Assembly: GCA_016926175.1 (NCBI GenBank)
Contig: JAFGPA010000031.1
Coordinates: forward strand, 7,075 to 71,074
Direction: 5' to 3'
Origin: Candidatus Micrarchaeota archaeon
GTDB lineage: Archaea > Micrarchaeota > Micrarchaeia > Anstonellales > Bilamarchaeaceae
DNA: 64,000 nucleotides
Shown here: positions 10,879 through 21,115 of the stretch, piece after piece
How the letters are laid out: each line of letters begins with the position of its first letter
Numbering within the stretch: position 1 is the stretch's first letter
Made by a program: the position numbers and the translations under genes
The notes under the pieces: model-generated
What the model was told of the DNA's origin: nothing
The model's database searches: none
What the model saw: only the letters and a program-made list of their open reading frames with translations

Positions 10879-11643
10879 TTACTCAATATCTTCCAGGGCC
10901 TTTGAAATCACTTTTGCAATCACAGCACTGCCTTTTTCATTGGGGTGCTGGGCATCCTTTCCCTGATATTCAGGCTTCATGAACTGATCTCCTGGCTGGA
11001 CCAGGGCAGAATAGCTGTCTGCAAGATAAACGTGTTTTTTCCCGCGCTGTTCTCTCATCCAGGAATTCAGCCTTTCAGTGAACTCCTGTGCCTGGCCATT
11101 CCACTGCCCCTTGTTTTTCCAGGGAGAAACAGTGACAAGAACGAGCGCTTTTTCGTTTATGCCTGCATCCTCAACCATTGTTTCAAATATCTTTATCAGT
11201 TTCTGGAATTCGTGTTCCCTGGCAGCTGGCCTGCTTTGCATTATCCACCACATGATGTCGTTTACGCCGCCCTGCAGGACAATTGTATTGTAATTCCGGT
11301 CAATGACATATTTGTCAAACTGCTCTCCTATCCAGTCCCTTACAAGCTGGCCTTGTCTGGCGGAGTTTGTTACAATGCTTTCGTCGTTTTTTTCTGAGAT
11401 TTTCTCATATATTTTCTGTGAAACATAAGAATCGTTCCATGATAAAATAGAATCTCCCAGAATCACAATCTTTGGAATCCTTATGATCCTTAATTCTGTT
11501 TTGCCGGTGACTATCATTTGCTTTGAAGATAATTCAGTGTCTGGCTTGTAATATCTATAATCCGGCTTCTCTTTGCTGGTTTCGGATCTGCCGCATGCAG
11601 ATGCAATGGCTGCAACTGTTGCTGCAATAACTGCTCTTCTCAT
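10879..11643 (-). CDS. SGNH/GDSL hydrolase, probable lipoprotein
   Basis: ILGDSI, QGGVND and DAQHPN blocks; MRRAVIAATVAAIASAC signal. Confidence 0.88.
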   Translation of the reverse strand: MRRAVIAATVAAIASACGRSETSKEKPDYRYYKPDTELSSKQMIVTGKTELRIIRIPKIVILGDSILSWNDSYVSQKIYEKISEKNDESIVTNSARQGQLVRDWIGEQFDKYVIDRNYNTIVLQGGVNDIMWWIMQSRPAAREHEFQKLIKIFETMVEDAGINEKALVLVTVSPWKNKGQWNGQAQEFTERLNSWMREQRGKKHVYLADSYSALVQPGDQFMKPEYQGKDAQHPNEKGSAVIAKVISKALEDIE

Positions 11644-11771
11644 AATCGTTTGTCCTCCGCTAAGTAAAGGCTTCAAAATCTTTATATATCAATCCATTTT
11701 TTATAACAGCGTAAAATTCTGTTTGCGAAGCATTTTTATGTCAATGCTACAAAACAAAAATAGGTGTTATT

Positions 11772-12188
11772 TTGACAAAGAAAAACCAGGCAGAAAAGAA
11801 AACTGCAAAAAAACAAGATAAAAAAGAAACAGCCAGTGAAAACAAACTGGAAATAACGCCACAGCTCAGAAGAAACTGGATCCGGATAAGGCAGGCTTAC
11901 AACATGTCGCTCGGGGCTTTTGGAAATGCACTTTCCACGCTAAACGAGCAGGAAGCCAACCAGATGTACAATCTTGTTATCAATGCACTGTATAAAGACA
12001 CTGTGGCCCAGATAGTTAGGGACAATCCTAAAATGAAGGATTTTGTTAAAACAGACGAAGACCGCTTTTGCATGTATGATGTCTATGAGAACCTGTCCTG
12101 GAAACTCAACAGAAAAGAAGATCCTCCAAAATACAGGCAGGTAATAAACAGGTTCAGGCTTGCTGTCAAGAAAACTTACATTCCGTAA
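11772..12188 (+). CDS. Hypothetical protein
   Basis: 138-aa ORF with TTG start after GGTG; Lys-rich N-terminus. Confidence 0.65.
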   Translation: MTKKNQAEKKTAKKQDKKETASENKLEITPQLRRNWIRIRQAYNMSLGAFGNALSTLNEQEANQMYNLVINALYKDTVAQIVRDNPKMKDFVKTDEDRFCMYDVYENLSWKLNRKEDPPKYRQVINRFRLAVKKTYIP

Positions 12189-12219
12189 TTTTATTAAATG
12201 GCAGTTCCATATTTTTCCC

Positions 12220-13866
12220 ATGCTCAAATCAATTATTCGTAAGCACGTACTCAAAAATATCGCTGATTACGGCAAGGCAGATCCAGGCTCAGTTACTGGC
12301 AAGGTTATTGCAGAGTTTCCCGATGCAAAGAAAGATGTGAAATCCATAATGCAAAAAATCAAAGAGGAAATTGCAAGGGCTTCCGGCCTGTCAAGGGAAC
12401 AGCTGGAAAATGAAATGAAAGAATTCACGTATAGCGTGAAAGAAGAAAAGCAAAAAGTTATATCACTGCCAAATGTAAAAGGAAAAACGGTTACAAGATT
12501 TCCGCCCGAGCCTTCAGGATATCTGCATATAGGGCATGCCAAGGCATCATGGATCGACTATGAAGGCGCAAGAGTAAACGGCGGATATATGATCCTTCGA
12601 TTTGACGACACCAATCCGGAGAAGGAATCGCAGGAATATGCCGATTCAATCAAGCACGATCTGGAATGGCTCGGTATAAAATGGGAAAAGGAAACTTACA
12701 CTTCAGACAAAATGGAACTTTTATACAAAGCAGCAAAAATCCTGATAGAAAATGATGCTGCATATGTCTGCACAAGTTCCCAGGAATCAGTAAGGCAAAG
12801 CAGGACTGACGGCAAGCCAGTGCCGGACCGGTCATTGTCCAAAGAAGAAAATCTCAGGCGCTGGAATGATATGCTTGACGGAAAATACAATCCGGGAGAA
12901 GCAATACTTCTTTTCAAGGGCAACCTGAAATCAAGCAATACTGCCTTGCGGGATCCTACACTGGCAAGAATAATCACAACCCATCATTTCAGAAAGCACA
13001 AACAGTACAGAGTGTGGCCCGGCTATGATCTTGCAGTTGTTGTAATGGATCATGAAGAAGGAATTACCCATTCCATGCGGTCAAAAGAATATGAACTCCG
13101 TGACGATCTTTACAGGCAGATATGCACTGCTCTTGGATGGAAAGTGCCGGAGCTTGTTGGTTTTTCCAGGCTGGCAATAAAAAATGCACCAATAAGCAAA
13201 AGGCTTATCACTCCGCTGGTCATGGAAGGAAAAGTTTCAGGCTGGGATGATCCGAGGCTGCCTACCCTGGCAGGATTGAGAAGAAGGGGAATTCTGCCAG
13301 AGGCAATCCGGCAGTTTGTCCTGCAAATAGGGCTGTCAAAAGTTGACAGTGAGCCAGACTGGGAAGTGCTGCTATCCTACAACAGAAAGCTTCTCGACCA
13401 TCAGGCCCCGCATTATTTCTTTGTAAGGGATCCTGTAAAGATCGAAGTTCAGGGTCTTGGGGAAAAAACAATATTACTGAAAAAACACCCGAAGCATGAT
13501 CTTGGAGAACGGGAGATTCGGGTAACAGAAACAATATATATAGACAGCATGGATGCTCCAAAAGACGGAGAAAAACTCCGGCTTAAAGATCTTTGCAACA
13601 TCGAATATTCCGGAGGAAAGGCAAAACTTCTTGGGGAAGAAATCCTGAAGAAAAAAATTCAGTGGGTATCTGATCCGGTCAAATGCAAAATCCTGGTTCC
13701 AAAGGATCTTCTCAAAGACGGGGAGTATGACCCTGAAAGCATGGAAGTGCTTGAAGGCTATTGTGAAAAAGCATGCCAGCAATTAAAGCCAGGTACAACA
13801 ATACAGTTTGAAAGATTCGGATTCTGCAGGCTGGACAGGGATATGACATTCATTTTTTCATGCTGA
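12220..13866 (+). CDS. gltX: Glutamyl-tRNA synthetase (archaeal type)
   Basis: TRFPPEPSGYLHIGH, LRFDDTNP, GWDDPRLPT, QFERFGF. Confidence 0.97.
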   Translation: MLKSIIRKHVLKNIADYGKADPGSVTGKVIAEFPDAKKDVKSIMQKIKEEIARASGLSREQLENEMKEFTYSVKEEKQKVISLPNVKGKTVTRFPPEPSGYLHIGHAKASWIDYEGARVNGGYMILRFDDTNPEKESQEYADSIKHDLEWLGIKWEKETYTSDKMELLYKAAKILIENDAAYVCTSSQESVRQSRTDGKPVPDRSLSKEENLRRWNDMLDGKYNPGEAILLFKGNLKSSNTALRDPTLARIITTHHFRKHKQYRVWPGYDLAVVVMDHEEGITHSMRSKEYELRDDLYRQICTALGWKVPELVGFSRLAIKNAPISKRLITPLVMEGKVSGWDDPRLPTLAGLRRRGILPEAIRQFVLQIGLSKVDSEPDWEVLLSYNRKLLDHQAPHYFFVRDPVKIEVQGLGEKTILLKKHPKHDLGEREIRVTETIYIDSMDAPKDGEKLRLKDLCNIEYSGGKAKLLGEEILKKKIQWVSDPVKCKILVPKDLLKDGEYDPESMEVLEGYCEKACQQLKPGTTIQFERFGFCRLDRDMTFIFSC

Positions 13867-14395
13867 TAATCCTTACTGCCACCACTGCAATAGCAAAAGC
13901 AAAGAGCATCAATTCAAACAGATTGAAAGATCCGCCCATGGAAATGTGGAAATGTATTATTGAAAGCACAAATCCTACATAGCCGAACGTCTGCAGCTTT
14001 TTCCAGTTTGGCCCAAGAATTCTCATTGCACGGTTTGTTGATGTCAAAGTCAGCGCAAGGAAAATCAGAAATGCCAGAACAGCTGAAAATGCAGATAGAA
14101 AGCGATGGTTTTCTGTATTGAGCAGTTTTCCAATGTCAGATCCAAAGAAAAGCTGGAATGACAATATTGAATGAATCAGAAGAATCAGAAAACCTGAAAC
14201 TCCAAGGTATCTTCGGTGTACTTTTATCCTGTTGAACCAGGGAAAATACTTTGGCAATGGCCCCACTATGAAAGTAATGCCGACAACTGCTATTCCTGCA
14301 AGCGCAAGTGCCCTGTTGATCTGATAAGGGCTGGTGCCGTTCAGTAATATCATCAGAACAACAATGATTGCCGGTATCAGGTAAGCTGATTTCAT
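13850..14395 (-). CDS. Ferric reductase-like heme membrane protein (MsrQ-like)
   Basis: RRYLGV...H, LTS...LG.NWKKLQ...Y...H motifs and about 6 TM segments. Confidence 0.8.
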   Translation of the reverse strand: MKSAYLIPAIIVVLMILLNGTSPYQINRALALAGIAVVGITFIVGPLPKYFPWFNRIKVHRRYLGVSGFLILLIHSILSFQLFFGSDIGKLLNTENHRFLSAFSAVLAFLIFLALTLTSTNRAMRILGPNWKKLQTFGYVGFVLSIIHFHISMGGSFNLFELMLFAFAIAVVAVRIISMKK

Positions 14396-14446
14396 GATAA
14401 TGAATCTCTGCTTTCATTTATAAATTTTTTCTGTGTAGATGGAACA

Positions 14447-14959
14447 ATGAAGCTGGACATCAAAAAAATTGCGAAATCCTCCATTTTGTTTGTTGGAGCA
14501 GGTATAATCATTGTTATCCTGTCAATGATACTCCAGCTTCTTACTGTACTGGTAGAAGGCGAATACAACTCTGTTATCCAGACTATTACATCAATATTCT
14601 CTTATTTGATGCTGCCGCTGTTTCTTGGGCTGTTCCTGCTGGCGGGATATCGCGCAGTGAGAATACACGGCTTTGATGCGGTCGGTGCAGGAGCAACAGC
14701 AGCCATCAGCTATTTTCTGATAGCCACTGTACATCTAACTCTGGATGTGCTGCTTGTGATTCTGGTTCTTTCAGGCATGATCCCCGGAGGAGCCGGTTTC
14801 GGATCTTCAGAGAGCGTTGCTGCTGCCGCTGTTTTTGGGGATGTAACCGGTATGCTGGGGCTTGGTTTGCAGATTTTCTGCGGATTTGGACTGATTCTTA
14901 TAGGATCCCTCTTTAACTTCGTAATTGGAGGGGTTGCGGGACTGTATGCTTCAAGGTAA
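14447..14959 (+). CDS. Hypothetical membrane protein (about 4 TM)
   Basis: Strongly hydrophobic 170-aa ORF. Confidence 0.75.
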   Translation: MKLDIKKIAKSSILFVGAGIIIVILSMILQLLTVLVEGEYNSVIQTITSIFSYLMLPLFLGLFLLAGYRAVRIHGFDAVGAGATAAISYFLIATVHLTLDVLLVILVLSGMIPGGAGFGSSESVAAAAVFGDVTGMLGLGLQIFCGFGLILIGSLFNFVIGGVAGLYASR

Positions 14960-15062
14960 TGTGGCAATTTATGGAAAAAATATGAACTAGCTTCTCCTCT
15001 GAGAAATGATCATTTTTATTTATTCTCATTGTAATCTACTAGCTTTTGAGGGCTCTAATTAG

Positions 15063-17168
15063 GTGGAGAGTATGACTATTAAACAAATAAAGAAACGAAA
15101 CGGGTCGGTCGTCACATTTGACAAGGAGAAAATTATCAATGCAATTTTCAAGGCAGCACAGTCTGTTGGCGGTTCTGACCGGACTGAAGCTGAAGCTGTT
15201 GCAGACAAGGTAATCGAATTTCTCAATCAGAAATACAAGGAAGAATATGTCCCTACTGTAGAGGAAATCCAGGATATTGTAGAAAAGGCTTTGATTGAAA
15301 CAGGTCACGCTTCAACTGCAAAATCATACATAATATACAGGCACAGAAAAAATGTTGAGCGCGAAATGAAAATACTCCTCGGCGTTGAGGATGACCTCAA
15401 GCTGCCATTGAATTCTGTACAGGTTCTTGAAAGAAGATATCTGCTTAAGGACGAAAATGGCAAAGTTACGGAATCTCCAAGCGAGCTGTTCAGAAGGGTT
15501 GCGAAATACCTTGCATCAAACGAGAAAAATTATGGTGCCGATGAGGAAACAGTAAAGCATTACACGGAAGCATTTTATCAGATCATGACAAATTTTGAAT
15601 TCCTGCCCAATTCACCAACCCTAATGAACGCAGGAACCCCGCTGGGGCAGCTGGCAGCCTGCTTTGTTCTTCCTGTAAAGGACAGTATCGAACAGATCTT
15701 TGACTCTGTAAAGCACCAGGCAATCATACATAAAACCGGAGGCGGCACAGGATTCTGCTTTTCTTATCTTCGGCCAAAAGGGGATTTTGTGAAAAGCACT
15801 GCAGGAATTGCCTCAGGCCCAATCTCATTCATGAGCGCATTTGACAATGCAACCAATGTAATCAAGCAGGGCGGAAAGAGAAGGGGAGCCAATATGGCGA
15901 CAATGCACATGTGGCATCCGGACATAGAAGAATTCATAACAATGAAACAAAACCCTGGCGTGATGGAGAATTTCAATGTATCGGTGATGGCAGATGACAA
16001 ATTTATGCAGGCAGTTGATACCAATGGCGAATACGGACTTCTTAACCCCCGGGATATGGAGCCTATAAGGAAAGTGAGTGCAAGAAGCCTGTTCAACCTT
16101 ATCTCCTACAGCGCATGGAAATCTGCTGAACCAGGTGTACTTTTCATAGATGAAATCAACAGAAAAAATCCGACGCCTGCAGATCCTATATATGCAACAA
16201 ATCCATGCGGGGAAGTGCCAATGCCGGATTATGAATCCTGCAATCTCGGAAGCATCAACCTTGCAAAATTCGTTGAGCTTGACTGGAGCAAAAGGGACTG
16301 GAGAAAGAAAGTAAACTGGAAAAGGCTAAGATATGTTACAAGACTGGCATTCCAGTTCCTCGACAATGTGATTGACCTCAACAAATATCCCATATCGCAG
16401 ATAAAAGACCAGACCATGAAAAACAGGAGAATCGGCCTTGGCGTTATGGGATTTGCAAGAATGCTCTTCAAGATGGGGATCAGATATGATTCAGAACAAG
16501 GTTATGAGATCGGAGAAGAAGTCATGAAGTTCCTTAATGATGAGTCAAGGAAAATGTCCCGCGAACTCGGCCGTGCGAGGGGATCGTTCCCTGGCTTCCA
16601 GGAAAGCACCCATGCGCAGAGATTTGATGCAATGAGAAATGCAACTTGCACATCCATTGCCCCTACTGGCACCATTTCCATGATAGCAGACACCTCCAGC
16701 GGCATTGAGCCTGTATTTGCCCTTTCATTCCTGAAAACAGTAAGAGCCGGGCAGTATTATTATCTTGATCCGGTTTTCGAGCATGTCCTTAAAGTAAGGG
16801 GGCTTTACAGTGAGGAGCTTATCAAGAAGGTAATGGAGGAAGGGTCCATTCAGAAAATGCAGGAAATTCCGCAGGATGTCAAAGAAGTGTTCAGGGTGGC
16901 ATATGATATTTCACCCCAGTCACACGTACTTATGCAGGCGGCCTTCCAGAAAAATGTCGATCTTGCCGTCAGCAAAACAATCAACATGCCTGCAGATGCG
17001 TCTGTGGAAGATGTTGAATCCGTGTATCTTCTTGCATGGAAAACAGGCTGTAAGGGAATAACCATCTACAGAGACAGTTCCAGATCAGAACAGGTTCTTC
17101 ACGTGGGCAAGAAGGCGAAAACAAAAGGTGTTGAAGAAGACAAGATTGTAATGCTCAACAAATCGTGA
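15063..17168 (+). CDS. nrdJ: Class II (B12-dependent) ribonucleotide reductase with N-terminal ATP cone
   Basis: IKKRNG ATP cone; PNSPTLMNAG, LAACFV, TNPCGE, ESCNLGS, IAPTGTIS, SKTINM. Confidence 0.95.
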   Translation: MESMTIKQIKKRNGSVVTFDKEKIINAIFKAAQSVGGSDRTEAEAVADKVIEFLNQKYKEEYVPTVEEIQDIVEKALIETGHASTAKSYIIYRHRKNVEREMKILLGVEDDLKLPLNSVQVLERRYLLKDENGKVTESPSELFRRVAKYLASNEKNYGADEETVKHYTEAFYQIMTNFEFLPNSPTLMNAGTPLGQLAACFVLPVKDSIEQIFDSVKHQAIIHKTGGGTGFCFSYLRPKGDFVKSTAGIASGPISFMSAFDNATNVIKQGGKRRGANMATMHMWHPDIEEFITMKQNPGVMENFNVSVMADDKFMQAVDTNGEYGLLNPRDMEPIRKVSARSLFNLISYSAWKSAEPGVLFIDEINRKNPTPADPIYATNPCGEVPMPDYESCNLGSINLAKFVELDWSKRDWRKKVNWKRLRYVTRLAFQFLDNVIDLNKYPISQIKDQTMKNRRIGLGVMGFARMLFKMGIRYDSEQGYEIGEEVMKFLNDESRKMSRELGRARGSFPGFQESTHAQRFDAMRNATCTSIAPTGTISMIADTSSGIEPVFALSFLKTVRAGQYYYLDPVFEHVLKVRGLYSEELIKKVMEEGSIQKMQEIPQDVKEVFRVAYDISPQSHVLMQAAFQKNVDLAVSKTINMPADASVEDVESVYLLAWKTGCKGITIYRDSSRSEQVLHVGKKAKTKGVEEDKIVMLNKS

Positions 17169-17172
17169 TGTT

Positions 17173-18275
<1,103 letters not shown>

Positions 18276-18279
<4 letters not shown>

Positions 18280-18737
18280 AAGACTGGACTGCCCTGATTG
18301 TAATCGGGGTTATTTTAATTATTCTCATTCTTTATTTTGCTGCTGCAAAGGGCGAAAAGAGAAAAATTCAGATAATCAATTCAGAAGGGACTGCAATTGA
18401 TGTTGAAGTTGAAATTGCAAATACCATGACAACCCGGGCAAAGGGACTGATGGGCAGAACGATTCTTGGAGAGAATGAAGGAATGCTTTTTGTTTTTGAC
18501 AAGGAAGAAAGGCATTCTTTCTGGATGCTGAATACTACAATCCCCCTGGATGCAATACATGTCTCCAAAAACGGCACTGTTGTGGATATACTGCAGATGG
18601 ACCCCTGTACCCTTTTACAATGCACTTCTTATTTGCCAAAGGAAAAATCCAGATATGTTCTGGAGGTTAATCAGGGGTTTTCCAAGAAACACGAAATCGA
18701 AAAAGGGAGCATGCTGGTTTTAAATAATATATCGTAA
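18276..18737 (+). CDS. DUF192 family protein with N-terminal anchor
   Basis: RAKGLMGR, GMLFVF, FWMLNTTIPLD, YVLEVNQG. Confidence 0.9.
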
Positions 18738-18760
18738 TCCTTCCTATTAAAGGTGGATTA

Positions 18761-19147
18761 ATGGGCAGTGTTAGGATAAAAAGGATTACACCAAAGCATA
18801 TTGCAAATACCATAAAAAAAATAATGGAAAGAAAACCAAAGCCCATTCCTCTTGATCTTTCCTGCACCCTTGGAAAGCAATTGCTGAAATTTTTCGATGA
18901 TGCTGAAATGCTTGACGCACTTCTTATAAAAGGTGCAAATGTGGATGCCCGGGATGAATATGGCAATACTGCCCTTATACTGGCCGCACAAAAGGGAAAT
19001 CTCGATTCCTGCAGAATCCTTGTTGAGAATGGTGCGAATGTCAATGTACAATCAAAATCAGGCATTACACCTATAGTTGCAGCTTCAGCCAGCGGGAATA
19101 TTGATGTTGTTGGCTACCTTCTTGAAAAAGGAGGAAAAATCCAGTAA
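18761..19147 (+). CDS. Ankyrin repeat protein
   Basis: GANVDARDEYGNTALILAA and GANVNVQSKSGITPIVAAS. Confidence 0.92.
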   Translation: MGSVRIKRITPKHIANTIKKIMERKPKPIPLDLSCTLGKQLLKFFDDAEMLDALLIKGANVDARDEYGNTALILAAQKGNLDSCRILVENGANVNVQSKSGITPIVAASASGNIDVVGYLLEKGGKIQ

Positions 19148-19289
19148 TCGGAAAATCCAGATATAAAACGCATAAGGGGCAGGGGGATGGTTATGTATGC
19201 CCCTTAGCGTATCCTTTTGTGAAGGATTGTGATACATTGTAAATTATGGCGGTTTTGGTTTTTAAATATTATTGTTTCCTTATATACCC

Positions 19290-19991
19290 ATGTTAACTCT
19301 CGTCGGGGCAGGAATTTCATTTGACTTGACATTGAAAGGCCTTGAAGCCATAAAAACTGCAGATGATGTATTTATGGAAAGCTATACAAATCCCATTGAA
19401 AAAGAGCTGGCTGGCAATATTGCAAAGCTTGTTTCAAAGGATATAAGGCATCTTGAAAGGCAGGATGTTGAAAGCTCTCATCTGGTGGAACTGGCAAGAG
19501 AAAAGAATATTGTCCTGATCTCGAGCGGCGATCCTCTTACCGCAACCACCCACATCACCCTTGCCATTGATGCCATGAAAAGAAACATTCCTGTAAGGAT
19601 AATCCATAATTCTTCCATCTATTCAGCAGCACCTGCAAAAGCAGGGTTGCAGATTTACCGGTTTGGAAAAACGGCCTCACTTGTAAACCCAAGACTGAAT
19701 TACAGGCCTTCCTCTTCACTCGACATCATACGAAAAAATCTTCTGAATGATATGCATTCCCTGGTATTGCTTGATACCGAGCCAGAGCCAATGGAAGCAA
19801 AAGCAGCCTTGGATATGCTTTCTGAATTTGAAAGTGCAATAGTGCTCTCCAGAGTTGGTTTTGAAGAAGAAAAAATAGCATATGGCAAAATAACAGAATT
19901 GAAAAAAAGGGAGCTTGGCCGCCCGCCATTAGTAATTATAATCCCGGCAAAATTGCATCCTGTTGAAGAAGAATTTCTGGAAAAAATTTAG
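19290..19991 (+). CDS. dph5: Diphthine synthase
   Basis: LTLVGAG, ESYT, GDPLTATTH, GLQIYRFGKT, HSLVLLD. Confidence 0.95.
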   Translation: MLTLVGAGISFDLTLKGLEAIKTADDVFMESYTNPIEKELAGNIAKLVSKDIRHLERQDVESSHLVELAREKNIVLISSGDPLTATTHITLAIDAMKRNIPVRIIHNSSIYSAAPAKAGLQIYRFGKTASLVNPRLNYRPSSSLDIIRKNLLNDMHSLVLLDTEPEPMEAKAALDMLSEFESAIVLSRVGFEEEKIAYGKITELKKRELGRPPLVIIIPAKLHPVEEEFLEKI

Positions 19992-20264
19992 CAGCATCTG
20001 CATTTTTTTCCTTTGCACTTTTTTGCTTTAACGCTTTTTTTCTTTGTTGAAAGACCTACAACACCATGTACTTTTTTTTCAACTGAAGAAACCCAGCTGT
20101 TCAAAATTCCTATAATAATTTATCCCTCCTTAATTGTGTTTAGTACTATATTTTTATGATCATAATATATTTAAATATATGTTTTTTACCATTTTTTAAC
20201 ACAGATATTGCCCAATACCTTAATTCGCTATATTTAAATGCGTTTATCCACATATTATAACAAT

Positions 20265-21068
20265 ATGAGAAATAAAATACGCTCTCCAAATCATGCCAGG
20301 CGCAGAATAAGAGAGCCTCTTATTGATGATCTGACCATGATAAAAACGGCGAAAAATATAATCAACAGGCATTCACAGAAATATGAAATAGACCTGCCGG
20401 CATTGGTGGAGGAGCTTAAATCCTATAGTCACCAGAGGGAGCTTCTTATTGCATTGCTGGAAGTTGCAGATGAAATTATGCAGAACAATTCTGCTGCAAT
20501 TGAGAAATCCGGCAGGACCCCCAGAGGAACTGCCAAAGGCCTGAATGCGAATTTTAAATTTACAGACGGCTACATGATAGTTCAGGAATGGGCCCTGCAA
20601 TCAGAACAAATAATGAAAACTATTGTGGAAATGGTTACTGAAGGCGATGAAAAAATCAGGCTCAACTCTGTTTTTGCTCTTCTTTATATGGGGGACCAGG
20701 GTACAGATATCTCCCGGGCCACCCGTTCGCTGGAGTATGCCTTGTTTGATATGTCCAAAAGCGTCCGGGACTGCGCATGCATGGCCCTGGGAAACGTGGA
20801 GCCAACTAAAAACGGCATTCGTGCTGTGCTTGAGCACCTTTATAGCCGGCAAGGCGAACTGAATACTCTTGCCGCTGAAACATTGCTCATATGGATCAAT
20901 GCAGAATCAAACCTGGATTTTCAGAAAAGAATGATGGTCTATTCAAAGCTGGTTGAAAAACTCAGAAAGACCATTGAAATTCCAAAAGGCGGTCTGCTTC
21001 CGGACGAATTTTATCTCAACTGGATGAAAAAAGAGATTGGGGCAGAAGATCCGGCAAACGACAATTAG
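20265..21068 (+). CDS. HEAT-repeat-like helical protein
   Basis: DEKIRLNSVFAL...DISRA...L...LFD...VRDCACMALG. Start trimmed to MRNKIR. Confidence 0.7.
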   Translation: MRNKIRSPNHARRRIREPLIDDLTMIKTAKNIINRHSQKYEIDLPALVEELKSYSHQRELLIALLEVADEIMQNNSAAIEKSGRTPRGTAKGLNANFKFTDGYMIVQEWALQSEQIMKTIVEMVTEGDEKIRLNSVFALLYMGDQGTDISRATRSLEYALFDMSKSVRDCACMALGNVEPTKNGIRAVLEHLYSRQGELNTLAAETLLIWINAESNLDFQKRMMVYSKLVEKLRKTIEIPKGGLLPDEFYLNWMKKEIGAEDPANDN

Positions 21069-21115
21069 TGAATTTCAGGAAAGCCTTTAAAGGATCATTG
21101 CCAATATCACTTTTT

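Noticed and set aside
19988..20135. SD-like AAGGAGGG on the minus strand with a Lys-rich frame
   Set aside because: No suitably placed start codon; the A-rich tract mirrors the T-rich terminator region of dph5.
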